A stretch of DNA of 63,072 bases, filler included, from Guillardia theta CCMP2712 (taxonomy: Eukaryota > Protista > Cryptophyta): NCBI RefSeq assembly GCF_000315625.1. It is 8 parts of 8 records of this genome, joined end to end, with 100 filler letters (N's around TTAATTAATTAA, not from the genome) between each part and the next. Parts side by side here need not be neighbours in the genome. Positions count along the whole stretch, not along the records: positions 1 to 20,454 come from NW_005434624.1; 7 more parts are not named here. One strand, 5' to 3'. A program made the translations under genes and the position numbers. Below the pieces are notes generated by a model that did no database searches, had not been told where the DNA came from, and saw nothing but the letters and a program-made list of their open reading frames with translations. Shown in pieces: positions 1-12,677 of the stretch; positions within the stretch are counted from its first letter, which is position 1; each line of letters opens with the position of its first letter.

Positions 1-139
1 CCCCTTCCCCGTCCCTGAACCCCCCCCCACCCCCCCCCCCTCCCCCACCCCCTTGAACCCCCGTTTCCCTACTCCCCTCACTGCTCCTCCTCTAGTTCCC
101 CTTCCAGCTCCCCCCGGCTCTTTCTGACCTGCTCCTCAG

Positions 140-2745
140 GTTCCGGCAGTGCTTCGAGTCGTTCTCCAAGAGGATGCAGCTATCAATCGTATGCCCCCCC
201 CCCTCCCCTCCCCTTCCCCGCTCCTCCTCACCCTTCCAACAGGAAGCGAGGGACGATCCAGACTTTTCCTTCTCCCTCTCCGCCTTGTCCGTGCTCGCCA
301 ACGACCAGGTCCCCCTCCGACATTGGTCACGCCCTCTGACTCGCTCCTTCCAAGTCACCGACGTGGGATATTTTCTCCACGTTCCCTGACCCGACCAAGA
401 GGTCAGAGCAAAACGCAATACCAGGGGCAGGAGGAGGGGCAGGAGGAGGGGCACAGGAGAAGGGGAAGGCAGGAGGAGGAGGGGCAGAAGCACGAGCACA
501 GGAGAAGGAGCAGGGGCAGGAGCAGGCTTGTGAGATTGGTTGTCAGGTTCGTCAGCAACCAGCTCGTCCTGCGGCTGTGCTCCTCGATCTGCGAGCTGGT
601 CATGGAGGCGGACGCGCACGGGAGGAAGCGGTGGCTGGAGGAGGCAAGGCGAGGAGGGGCGGCGACTGATGCAGCAGCAGGTACAGCACAGGAGTCAAGG
701 AGGAAGCAGACATGCCCTGCTCCGAGGATCGTCTGCCCTTGAGGACTCAGGTACATGTCAACATCTGCGGTGCTCCTGCGCCTGATGCTCATGGCAGCAT
801 GGCGACCCGGTCAGCAGCGCCACAGACAACGCCTTGGTGAGAAGAGACTACTCCTCCTTCTCCTCCACCACCACCTCCTCTGCAGTCAAGTCATACAGGC
901 TGACCTGCTTGCAGATCCTCTCGCAGATCCTGTTGAACTTCATGGCCAACTCCAAGATCGCCTCCAACTTGTCCAACAACAGTCTGGTCTGCCGTTCCGG
1001 GGGGGGAGGAAGAGGCAAGAGCTGACTGGGCGTCTACAGTGCCTGCGGCAGCTTCTGCGCAGCATGAAGTTTGGGTTTGCTGCCATCAACGTCAACGTCA
1101 TGAAGGTTTTTGTCTCCGTCTGCCCCCAGCCCTGACCCTCTTCCCAAGATCCTGCTGAGGGTGGGCAGAGCCGCCACGAGCCAGCACGTGATCGAGGGGT
1201 GAGCTCCTGCCCTGCTCCTGCTCCTGCTCCTGCTGCCCCTCCTGCTGCTCCTTCCCTCTCGCTCCCACCATAGCTGACATCGCGTCCTCTCTTGTCAAGG
1301 TGCCTCGATGTCCTCATGTGGCAACTGGGTCATGTAAGATACTCCATTGGAACTTCCCGGATGGGCCTGCTGAACTTTCTGCTTTCTCCTCCTCTCCTGC
1401 TCGTCCTCCTCTTCCTCCTCTTCCTCGTCTTCCTCGTCGTCATCCCTGGCATCCTTTTCATCCTCCCCTCGCCTGCTTCGTCTTGCCTCCACCATGCCAT
1501 TCTTGTGTATTTCCTCCCTCACCCTCTTTTCCATCAGAACGACGAGGCGTTAGTGATGTCAACCTGCCTCGAGTCCATCTCCTTGTACGTGGAGACAGAA
1601 GACGCGCAGGCGGCAAGGGAAAGGTTCTGAAGATCCTTCGTGTCCTGTCGCATCCTGTCCCCTCCCCTCCCCTCCCCTCCCTCCTCTCCTCCCCTCCCCT
1701 CCCCTCCCCTCCCCTCCCCTCCCCTCCCTTCCCCTCCCCTCTCCTCCNNNNNNNNNNNNNNNNNNNNNNNNNNNNNNNNNNNNNNNNNNNNNNNNNNNNN
1801 NNNNNNNNNNNNNNNNNNNNNNNNNNNNNNNNNNNNNNNNNNNNNNNNNNNNNNNNNNNNNNNNNNNNNNNNNNNNNNNNNNNNNNNNNNNNNNNNNNNN
1901 NNNNNNCCCTCCCTCCCTCCCTCCCTCCCCTCCTCCTCCCTCCCTCCCTCCCTCCCTCCCTCCCTCCTCCTCCCTCCCTCCCTCCCTCCTCCCTCCCTCC
2001 TCCTCTCCTCTCCTCCCCTCCCCTCCCTTCTCCAATCGCTCCCATCGCTCCCATGAGGATGAACTTACAAGTCGAGCAGGCGGGTTGACGCGAGGAATCT
2101 CTGCACAATGATGCGACAACATCACCTCCTCCGCACCCTAGACACACACGGGCTCTTCCATCCCTCCAACTTAGTGAGCTCTCCTCCCCTCCTGCTCCTT
2201 CTCTCTTGCCACTCTCCTCCCCTCCTCCTCTCCTGTCCTCCTCCTGCCCCCCTCTCCTCCTCCCGCTCTCCTCCTCCTGCTCTCCTGCTCTCCTGCTCTC
2301 CTTTCCCCATTGCTCCTCCCCTTTACAACCTTGCTGATTCCTTTTCAGGTCCGCGAGCGAACTCTCGAGCTTCTGGTCTGCCTGGGCAAGCATCGAGAGG
2401 ATGCGATCCGGCTCGACGTAGCCCAGCAGGTCACCACCTGGATCCCAGAGGTGGACCGGGGGAGCTGACAGCAGCGCAGGCGAACCTCTGCAAGACCTTG
2501 TGCGTGCTGAGCGTGCAGGACGAGGAGTGGAAGAGCAGGGCCATGGCAGCGCGAGCCCTGCTGGGCCTCAGGTGGGGATTGAGTCGATGTGACGTCAGTG
2601 ACGGCCGTGCAGCCTGCGCAAGGACGGGAAGATGTGCAGACAGATGGTTGAGCATGTGGTGGGATACGAGGAGAACATGGCGAGGGCGATGCTGGGGGGC
2701 GAAGTCTCGTCCGACGTGGCCGCGTGCATGTCGGCTGCCTCTTGA
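140..2745 (+). CDS. Intron-rich helical-repeat (ARM/HEAT-like) hypothetical protein, 5' partial
   Basis: Series of GT-AG-bounded helical exons (FVSNQLVLRLCSSICELV; ILSQILLNFMANSK; VRERTLELLVCLGKH; LCVLSVQDEEWKSRAMAARALLGL). Last exon ends AAS-TGA at 2745. Spans a gap. Confidence 0.45.
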
Positions 2746-2835
2746 CGCGACCAAGGTGACGAGAATTGCAGGTCCCGCTTGCTGATGCTCGTGTGCGAGT
2801 TCCGTCGGGGCTCGACGGAGGGAGGGAGAGGGGAT

Positions 2836-2868
<33 letters not shown>

Positions 2869-3107
2869 ACAGGAGCAGGAGCAGGAGCAGGAGCAGGGGC
2901 AGGGGCAGGAGGATTGTAGATAGGAGAGGAGGGTGTCTCAGCATGTGAATAAGTGTCTCTTGAACGATCAGGACGTCATACAGACTTGCAGCTAGCAGGA
3001 GGGAGCAGGAGCACGATCCCTCCCCTCCCCCCCACTCCCTGCACAGTCATCATCAACAGAGGCCCCACCTGTCCCGTAGGACAGCACCTCCATTCCTCGC
3101 TCCTCCT

Positions 3108-3780
3108 CTACTTGCGGGCTTGCACCATGATGATATGGTAGCCGTACTGCGTCTTGACTGGCTCCTTGGTGTATTTTCCCTCCGGCACCTCCAGCGCCGC
3201 ATTCCAGAAATCTTGGTCGAGCTCGTTTCTTCGCTTCCAACCCAGCAGACCGCTCTTGCCTGCCTTGTCGATGGAGTACTCCCTTGCCGCCTCGTTGAAG
3301 CCCATCTTGCCTAGCAGCAGGTCAGTCGTTAACAACCTCAACTTGCAAGGAGAAGGAGGGGGGGCAGGCGAAGGAGGGCGGGGAGGGTGGGAGGAGCGGG
3401 CGCTAGAGACTCAAGGAAAGAAGACGCAACTCAAGTCGAGATGAGAGGGGGAGGGAAGGCACCTGAGTTGATGATCTCCAGGATCTCCACGGCCTAAGAG
3501 CGCGGGGAGTCAGAGAAAGTGGCCTGTGGCAGAGAAGGCGAGGGAGGAGGAGGAGGAAGGGGGAAGGGGGAAGGGAGGAGGGAGGAGGGAGGAGGGAGGA
3601 GGGAGGAGGGAGGAGCCTGGAGGAGGGAGGAGAGACCTTTGAGTGCTTCTCAACTAGGATATGACGGCACTCCATCATTTCCACTCCCTTCTCCTTAGCA
3701 GCTGCCACAGCTGCTGCTTCAGACTTCGCTTTCGCTGCTGCTGCCTTGCCACCAGCGGCTGCCCCTTTGTCCTTTCCCAT
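3108..3780 (-). CDS. PIN4: Parvulin-type peptidyl-prolyl isomerase (Par14/PIN4)
   Basis: Exons 3637-3780, 3463-3493, 3108-3310. Basic N-tail, CRHILVEK, FNEAAREYSIDKA..GLLGW, PVKTQYGYHIIMV. Confidence 0.93.
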
Positions 3781-4224
3781 TCTGATTCCAAGATCTGACG
3801 GCGACAATGCTGAATCACCCCCTGCAGGACAACACATGAGAGAGTGTCAGATATTATGAAGAAGAGAGTGCACGAACAGTTTGAAGAACAAGCACAAGCA
3901 CAAGCGCATCATGCTCAAAGTGTGAGTTTGTGACATGATTTCATCACGAGCATCATTCCAAGTCAAACATTTCTAAGTACTGCAGCATCAACCAAAACCC
4001 TATCAACGCAATCTGCTTGCAGTTTTCTGCACCCCGTCCTACCTCGCCCCTCCTCCCGTCTCCTTCCCTTCCTCTCCTACCAATCCTCCCACTCTGCCTC
4101 CTGTACTATCTCTTCTCATATCTATCCTCTTCTCCCCTTCCCTCCAGTCCCGTCCCGTCCCCTCCCCCGCTTCTCTTCATCATTCTGCTTCATTCCCGCA
4201 TGCGCTCTGTTACAACCATATGAC

Positions 4225-4745
4225 TTTTGAGTAAAGAAGACCCCTGCCGTGCCCGGCCCGGGCCGCCCGGGCTGAATCGGCCGTGATTCCGATTTCGCCA
4301 GTCAGCGCCCCGGCCCCCCGGGACTGAGCGCCGCCGCAGTGACCCGGGCTCAGTCACATCGGACGGTACTACCGTACGGTCACGGTGCTGCTACGCTGAC
4401 CCGGGTAGTCGCCTCATAAACGGCTCAGCTGATCATTTCCAGCCTTGCCACTTCAAGAACTCAGTGCGTCACCGGCGACCGTACGGTCACCGTCAGACTC
4501 CGGGCCGCCGGACTCAGTGGCCGCCGGGGGACCGGGCCGCCGGCCCCTCCCGGCCAGGCCGGCCCCGAAGTTCGGCTGACTCCCGTTGCCACAATGATGA
4601 TTCTCAGAGCCTCGGTGACTGCCGCCGGAGTCCGATCGCCGGATGATCAGTCCGGCGGCGGATCGCGGCGTGATCATCATCGGATCCGCCATCGATTCTC
4701 ACTGCCGATCACAGCCCAACCGTTCGCAGAGTTCCGGGCTCTCAA
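4225..4745. repeat. GC-rich intergenic island (dispersed family)
   Basis: CCGG/GACTCAG/CGGTCAC-rich. Shares the 22-mer gacggtactaccgtacggtcac with 9978-9999, and TTTACTCAAA (reverse) at its edge. Confidence 0.55.
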
Positions 4746-4783
4746 CCAAACAGCCTTTATAATCGGACTGTGACTACTAGGCC

Positions 4784-6702
4784 CTAACGACGGAGAATTC
4801 CTCTCGATAGTTTATGAAGGACCTGAAACCACACGAGTCAACTTCGACTGCTCAGGCATGCGGCTTTTGCGATATGACGCTCAAAAGCATCATTACGTAT
4901 AGTACAGACGTGCTGAGGCCAAAGGAGAAGACTCCCTTGATCATCTGACCACAGAGTCGGGTGTCATCATCTCAAATACACCTTGACATGACCTTACCTG
5001 AGCCTTTGCCGCCGGCGTGACAATGGAGGATATACCATCCTGAAGTAGATCTGGATGAAAATCAGAACACGAAGGATATACCACGTGTAAGACGCTGTCA
5101 CCGTGTACGATGTCCGGCTTTCTGGAAATGGCAGTCATCAACTCTTGTCTTTGCGCTTCCCTGATACAGAAAATCACTTCATTCCTGACGCAACACAACG
5201 TGAATACATAGGCATCATCTCTCCCTGAGAGCTAAGTCCACATCTCCTTGCAGCGCGACTTAGAATCTCCTGTTGGATGCAAGTCAGGAAGGAAAACTAG
5301 CCAGCTGAGCATCTGCTGGGGTTAGTGTTCCTACCTGTGGCAGTTGTGTGAAGAGAGCTGCTCGTCTCATGGGGCTGGTGTCCTGCTCAAACTGCAACGT
5401 CGAGGGATGCCCAGAGCTCTGGACGACTATCAAGATCTCTCAGCATTGAGTTGCAAGAACAAGTCAGATCCGATACCTGTGAGATTGCCCGCATGCTCGT
5501 CTACTGCAGGCTGATAGAGGGATTGGAATCCTGACAAGCAAGCATAACTCAAAGGCACAACTATGGATATTCACGCCATTCTCACTTTCAATCTGTCCTT
5601 CTGCAATCTGCTTTGGCTTGTCCGGATGCTCCCCCGCTCCCATTCTAGGGTCCCCTGAAGCATTCGAGTCCAATAAAGTTGAGCGCTAAGGGAGAGGTGG
5701 ATGGATCACCAGTGTATGATATGGCAGAGATGGTTGTGTACAGCAGATTCTGATCAAACTTTTCCGGGAGTAGTAGCAAGGCCGTCTGTCATGATTCCAT
5801 CGGTCAGGCAGATCATGGCAAATGGTTTCCGTCACCGCCAGAGCATTTCTGAGGTTCTGTTGGTTTGCTGATTCAACATCTTCGTCATAAACCAATGTTT
5901 CAACCTGGTTCCATCAGATGGTCAGAATGTTTTCATTGTCAACTTTCACTCTCAAAACCCTTCAAAACACAATACACTGAATGTAGGTTGTGATCACACA
6001 CCATGAGCAAAAAGCACTTACCGGTTTCTGCAACCTTCCCGAGATGTATAGATTCTTCCACTCTCGTAACTCCGAGCAAAGTCTACTTTTACTTATGACA
6101 GCATACTTGGTTTTCCTAGACCGATGATATCAGGGCTGTTTGCTCAAAGAATCACCGCGTACCTCCCATCGTCAGGAGAGGGCACATTGAAATAAACTCC
6201 AGCTCCCACCTCCTGAATTCTGTACAGCGACTCCCCGCCCAGCATTCCGAGCATGGAGTAGTGTCTACACGGAATAATCTTCTTAAGAGAGATAGCTAGA
6301 CGCCACTATCCTTCACCTCAATCCATTTCTTTTCCAATTCTCTGTATGCCACTAAATTGACATCTGATCAGCTGTTGAGGGCTAGAATGAAATGAAAACC
6401 TCGGCTGCGTTCTCTATCGCAAAGATATAGTCCACCATGTTCGAACCCTTGTATCCTTTCTGGCATGTCGGAATCAGTACGAGCAGACTTATCTGCCATT
6501 TTCCAATCCGCCCCCCTATTCCAATTCACATCGCAAAGTGCGCATTGGATACCACATCCTCGCAGCCATGTCTCCTCGTGACAGACATGAGCTTCACTAT
6601 GAGCTGACTGCTACTCCTCACCTGCTTCATCACCGCCGACCCGTAAGCCACGGCATAGCTCACCCGGGGCAGCCGCTCCAGGAGCCATCGTAGCTCTCCC
6701 AT
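4784..6702 (-). CDS. TAM41: Mitochondrial phosphatidate cytidylyltransferase Tam41/Mmp37
   Basis: Spliced exons give YAVAYGSAVMKQ, MVDYIFA, HYS..LG..QEVGAGVYFN, KYAVIS..L.EWKNLYISGRLQKP, RMGAGEHPDKPKQI, QD.S..R..L..LP, KGVFSFG. Stop at 4784. Confidence 0.92.
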
Positions 6703-7012
6703 GGCAACAAACCTGTGGTTCTGCCAAGGGAATCCGTAACGAGTCGCAACGAGTTTCGTAACGTATCGCACTGGTTATTTGTAACGGATACGTAACCGAT
6801 ACTGTCCCGGCGCAGCGAGATCCTCTGCACGCGTCGGCCCGTTGGCCTGTTGACCCGATAGGACTGTTGACCCGTACCTGTTCTTTTGGGTGGACCAGTC
6901 ACCCGTACTGACCCCATGATCATCGACTCCATGGTACCGGTGATACGAGTTGAAGGTGACATGGGGTAGAGGGTGGGAGAGTGGTTGACCCACCGCCGAT
7001 CAAGGGAAATCC

Positions 7013-7946
7013 ATGGCGGAGGAGGGAAAGGAAGACTTCAGCGCAGGTCCGCTGTCGCTGCTCGCGGACTCGGTCAGAAAGAACTGCCAGGTATAATTCA
7101 TCATGATAATCATAGAATGGAGTGGAGGAAAAGATCCAGCAAGCAGGGGATCCAGAGAGATAGGAAGGGAGCTAAGCGAAGAGTAGCTGGAGAGCAGGAG
7201 GGGCAAGGTTTATTTATGAGAGGATGGAGACTATGAGTGGGCCATTCGATTGTTTTCTCCTACGATATTACTAGTAGTTCAATGTATGTTTTCTTAGAGG
7301 CAACACAGCACAGGTACCCCTCATCAGTGTAAGCCTAGAATGCTTTTGCTCATGTTGTCTAGGGATAGTGAACGATCAAAAATTACTTGTGCACTGCTCA
7401 CGCATCTCGAAAAGTCCTGGGTAATTAAACTGTTCCTTTCCTTGTGTGTTTGTTAAAGGACTACATTCCAGGTTATGCATAGGGTAGGAGGTGAGAACAA
7501 CAGTTCAGGAATCGTAGGATTCAGACACATTCCGATTGAGAACTGGTTGATCTTGAACACGACACATGAAAGTATGATGGTGTAGTGAATGAATATTGCA
7601 TACGGTTGTTCGTCTAAAACAATTTCTGTTATCTTGATTGAGTCCGTCCTCTCCTCACGTTTTCTTCCAGGTTCTCATCAATTGCAGGAACAACCGAAAG
7701 CTACTTGCGCGCGTCAAGGCTTTCGACAGGCATTGCAATATGGTTCTTGAGAATGTCAAGGAGATGTGGACCGAAGCTCCACGTACTGGGAAGGGGAAAG
7801 CCAAGTCAAAACCAGTGAATAAGGTGTGAGGCGGTGGTTTGCTACCTTGTGATGGTTTCTAACATCAAGGCTTGCAGGATCGCTTCATCAGCAAGATGTT
7901 CTTGCGTGGTGACTCGGTTATCATGGTCCTCAAAAATCCAGTGTAA
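7013..7946 (+). CDS. SNRPD2: Small nuclear ribonucleoprotein Sm D2
   Basis: Exons 7013-7090, 7671-7823, 7878-7946: [58 protein letters not shown]. Confidence 0.97.
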
Positions 7947-8179
7947 ATTCTGTACAGCCTCATACAATCCGAGTCTACTTGCCTGATGCTTTCGAGTTGT
8001 GTTTGGGATACCGGGAGATGATACATTATGAGTTGAAAGTTTGTATTGCTGTGCTAGATCTATTGAATGAAAACATCTGCTTTAGCTCTCAGCAATACGA
8101 GACGTTGGCTCCATATCCTGCCGTGATGCTTGTGGACCCACAACTCTCAGCTATCAACGTGTTACTTTAAACCGTGGTT

Positions 8180-8860
8180 TCACTTCATCAAGGCTTCCTT
8201 CAACTTGGGAAATCTCTTTCCCTGGCAACGGGCGCATGAAATTAGAGAATGATTCTAAGTACAAGAAGTGACCACCTGCTGCTCTGACTGGCGAAAGTCG
8301 AGCTGACACTCCGTGTACGCACTTCCCAATCCAGCTCCAGTGCTCAGCCATGTCAGCATTTTGCGACCACCATGTCCTTTGCCTTGAAAGAACGCATCAA
8401 AACAAGTTGCACATCGATGACATAATGAAGTAAAACTGGCAAAAGTGAGGGAAGGAGAAAGTCTACGAATATCTCTGGATGCAATTCAAACTTACGTAAA
8501 AGCAACATGCCCAACAGGCTGCCAGCAGCAGCTCCTCCTGCGGTACGCAAAATCGTCCTCTGAAACCAAAAAGAAATAATAAAAAATTGAATGTCTTCAG
8601 CATGCAACGACTTGGATGCCATAGAAGAAGCTCGAACATTGACTTTGGCAAGAAGAACTTCTTAACCCCACCCAGAATGGTGGGGAGGGGGGGGGGGGGG
8701 GGGGGAAGAGCAATTTTTGATAGTGACACATCGCATCTCAATGTTGGGACGAGCAAACATAATTGATTTCACACAAGCGCAGACAAAAGCTCCATCTTAT
8801 TACCTGTAGACAGCGATCAGCAATCGCTGCCGTTTCCTCTTCAGGCTGAAAATCCCTCAT
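8180..8860 (-). CDS. MIC10: MICOS subunit Mic10
   Basis: Exons give ADRCLQ / TILRTAGGAAAGSLLGMLLL / WLSTGAGLGSAYTECQLDF / GKRFPKLKEALMK*. Two Gly-rich TM segments with the GxGxGxAY..C...F signature. Confidence 0.85.
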
Positions 8861-9118
8861 TCCAAATTGAACTCTTGAATCAATGAAAGAGGATGTAGAA
8901 ATTGTCGCAGTCTCTCGCTTCTGCAGCACTGCAACACCGTCTCAGACTTGCTCTCTTCTCCTTTCCCTCTGCTGCACGTTGTTTGTTCCAGCGCTTCTGT
9001 CTCCTCCTTCGTCCGGACCTCGGTCAGTTCGCCGCCGCGGCCATCACGCTGTCTCCTATAGCCGGCCGAAAGTTAGTGCGCCGCCTGCCAAGACGAGTCC
9101 GGGACAACCACTGACTCG

Positions 9119-10190
9119 TTTTTACTCAAACTGAGTTAAGCTAAAAATTACTAAGTTACTGTACGAGGACACTGATCGGTGATGCGCCGCCAGTGCGCGG
9201 CCCGGGCCGGGCCGCCGCCGCGGCCGCGCGCTCAGCTGGGCCCTGAACCGGGACCGTACTCCGACCCGGAGGCTTGAACCGAACTTGAAGCGCAGTAGGA
9301 CTGTCGCACAGCCATACGGCGAGACTCTGAGAGAGTGACCCGCCGCCGGCTGTGAGTCACAGCCAGTGTGATCGGCCCGGACTGCCAGTCTGTCACTGCG
9401 TGCCGCACCGCCGCCGCCGGGTGATCGGACCGTGACCGTGGCACTGAGCCTCGGAGTGTCGCACCGTCGTCAGTGACAGTGACTCAGGCCGCCCTCAGTC
9501 CGATCCGCGGCGGGCCGCCGTTCTTGTACCACGAAGGCGTGTAGAATTGATTTTATTGTCGTCATGCAGTACAGTTTGAATCTAAGAATAGCACGCCGCC
9601 GATACAAATTTCTGCATGCAAATACTTGGAATAAAAGGTTCACAACCTACCCTTGCCCCAGCCAAGTCGCCCACCCGACCTACTCTTTTCCCATGGGAGA
9701 GTGAGGGTGGGGTCTACTCCAGGCAAGGGCAGAAGACCCCCAGGCGCCATCAGGGGGGGAAGGACTGGTACAAATTGCAATTAGAGCCGTGTCCATGATT
9801 AGTACCAGAAGGACAGGATCGAGAATTAACTAAAGCTATAAGCGAACGTAATGCGGCGGCCCGGCGGCGCCGGGGCCCGGGGGCTCCCAGCCCGGCCGCC
9901 AGTGAGCCTGCCCGGTCACTGAGTCCCCCGGGCGGCCCGATCGCCGGACTGGGCCAGTCCGGCACAGGCAGTGCACTGACGGTACTACCGTACGGTCACC
10001 CACGCAACCGTCCGGACCGTCCGACGGTGCCTGACGGGCTTCAAGTGGAGCCTGCGCCGATCATCATCCGTCTCGTCTGATCAGTTCGAAGACAATCAGG
10101 AGAGTAGACGAGAGGAGTTCAAGTTAGTCACTAGTACACTACCATAACGCCCGGCCGCCACTCGCGGCTGACTCTGTGAGTCACGAAGGC
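9119..10190. repeat. GC-rich intergenic islands
   Basis: Same motif vocabulary as the other islands. TTTTTACTCAAACTGAGTTAAG at 9119. Confidence 0.5.
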
Positions 10191-10361
10191 TTTCCGTGCA
10201 CCGTCCGGTCAGTGCAGCCTTGAACCTTCTATATTTAATGCTTTCCATCATGCAGAAGGACACTGCATTGTTCATCATCTGATTTAATCTGATCATGCCC
10301 GGCATTGTGCAAGACTCGTTTATTTACATCAACTTCGGGAAAATGATGAAGTTTAAAACAA

Positions 10362-10991
10362 CTAGAGAGCGAGAGTCTGTTTACGCTTATCCCTGGCATT
10401 GAGCACGTTGTTCAAGAGCATTCCTGGCGGTCCATCGCATTGGACTTTCAGGGACAACCTCCTCAATCCGTTCATACAAAGGTCTTTGTCGTTGGAGATG
10501 CGCATCTTCTCCTCGATAACATACGAGCCTCGCTCGGTGTTGAAATCACCCGGGAAGATCAAGGCATCTCCGCGGCTTTCCTTTCGGGTCTTTTTGTTTG
10601 AGCTGTATCTCGTGATGGCAGAATATGAAGAAGAAGAAGGTTTATCACACAGGTCATCGTCCTTCCCTGCCGCTCTCCTTGACCCCGCCATGTCACCTCC
10701 CGCGAAAAAGATATCCTTCGAAATTCCATGCAGGACCTCACTCATGTCATCCGCAGCATCCATCTCCAGCTCTGTTTCCTCAGGAGATACAGCAACCCAA
10801 TCGTGATCTTCATGATGCTTCCTGCGTCGCTTCTGTACATCCCTGCCGTTCATGGCGAGCACACTGCCATCGAACTCCGACTGAGGGGGTTCGGTGACGG
10901 CCAATTCCAGATCGAGGGATTCGGCAGGAGAGCTTGGCGAAAGAGAGGCAGCACAGGCTTTCGTGTCGATGGAAGCAGAAAATGACGCCAT
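10362..10991 (-). CDS. Hypothetical 209-aa protein, intronless
   Basis: ATG-started ORF with normal composition and a KRRRK basic patch. No family recognised. Confidence 0.55.
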   Translation of the reverse strand: MASFSASIDTKACAASLSPSSPAESLDLELAVTEPPQSEFDGSVLAMNGRDVQKRRRKHHEDHDWVAVSPEETELEMDAADDMSEVLHGISKDIFFAGGDMAGSRRAAGKDDDLCDKPSSSSYSAITRYSSNKKTRKESRGDALIFPGDFNTERGSYVIEEKMRISNDKDLCMNGLRRLSLKVQCDGPPGMLLNNVLNARDKRKQTLAL

Positions 10992-11784
10992 GGACTGACT
11001 CGTGGGAGGTAGTTCGAGGGGTGAAGTCTCTACCTGAGAGGGAGCACTCCGACCCTGATGTAACCCGTGGGGTTGCTAAAATGCGAGCCTTTCCTCTTAT
11101 TTTTAAAAACGTTTTAGGCATAAAACAATGTACTGTTGAAGCTAGATGCATGAGGGGGTGGGTCATCTTTGCTCTATGAAGCCGTCAGAATATTTCATCC
11201 AGGGAGCGTAGATTGTATAGGTACCTCATTGATTGTATTTACGATACATCTGATCTTATCGTTTTGAGCTTTGCTCGCGCAGTTCTCGAGGGAGAATGAG
11301 GGTATGAATTTGAAGGGTAGGTGTTTTGTTTGGATTGGATACGTACAATACCCACCCTGGTCGATTCATCTCAATCGCACCGGTCCTTGAAAACTAGTCT
11401 GCCCCTTCCCATTCGTGGAAGGTCTGCCCTCTTCGGGTCTGTCTCATCATAAAAGTAATTATTGTTAATATCCTTACAATACTTATCTCCACGGAGCGAT
11501 GTATCTCAGATTTGGCAATGAGATTGGCCCTGCTCGGCCATGGGGCAAACGTGATGTTGGACCGTGCTAGGAATCGAAATAATGTCTTTTGCGAAGAGGG
11601 CAAGAATGTAAAAATGTTTTGGCAAACGAACCGAACAGTTTTTTGGCTGTATCCTTTCATGTTTTGGCTGTACCGAAGAGGTGCTGCGTACCACATAGAA
11701 CAAAGATGTTCGAAAAGTTTCAGTTTCAAGAACAGATCCATCCATGTTCCCCAAAGACGCATCAAGGGGTTGAACTTGAATTGC

Positions 11785-12640
11785 CGTGACCGCCGCCCGG
11801 CCGGGCGGCGCACAGGCTGAACGGCCGGTCCGGGGGCCCTCGACTCAGTACGGTACTGAGTACTTTTACTCAAAGTGAAGTTAAAAAGCAGTACGAGGAT
11901 CAGTACCGTCTGACCGTGACACGTTTCAACGTCTCTCCTGATTGTCCTCGTAGTCCTCGTACTGATTTTCAACGAGTAAAAGAGTTTTCAACGGGTGACC
12001 GTCGTCAAGACTCGGGTGACCCGAGCCTGCCAGGCCCGTGTACTAGTGCCAGCCCAGGCCCGTGTACTAGTAGTACTGATTTTTAACTTAACTTTGAGTA
12101 AAAAGTAGGCTACGGGTGTAGGACTGAGCCGATGAGCCGACCGCCGGTGACTCCGAGGCAGACTCGTCTGATCGGACGGCGTCGGACTGTCGCCGCCCGG
12201 CCGACGGTGACCGTACTCGCCGGACTCAGGCTGGCTCAGTCGGAGGGCCGGGGGGCCGCCCTGCGCGGCCGCCGCGCGGCCAGCCGGCCGGGCCCCGGCC
12301 GGGCGGGGGGCTTGACTGGTTGACTTCAAGTAGTGACCGTACCCAAACTTGAAACGCATCACTTTTTACTCAAAAATCAGAACGACCGTACTCCGGGATC
12401 GGACAATCAGGCCGCCTGAGAGACGAGGAGGCTCAGTGACCCTGACACTGTCGCACAGGCCGCGCCCAAACGGCGAGAAGAGAAAAGACAGCGAGAACCA
12501 AACCTAATCGGAGGCTGCCATCGGACTCAGCCGAGAGTCACGCACCGGGTGGCGGGCTTTTACTCAAACTGAGTTAAGTTAAAAAGCGGGCCGGTCACCG
12601 GGCCGGGTGGGCCCGGTCCGGCGGGCCCGGCCGCAGTGCC
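11785..12640. repeat. GC-rich island containing an inverted pair of the TTTTACTCAAAGTTAAGTTAAAAA motif
   Basis: Motif at 11864 (+), 12080-12104 (-), 12363 (+, partial), 12558 (+). Confidence 0.6.
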
Positions 12641-12677
12641 ACCCTGTCAGTTTGTTGAGACTTTCACTGCCGCAACA

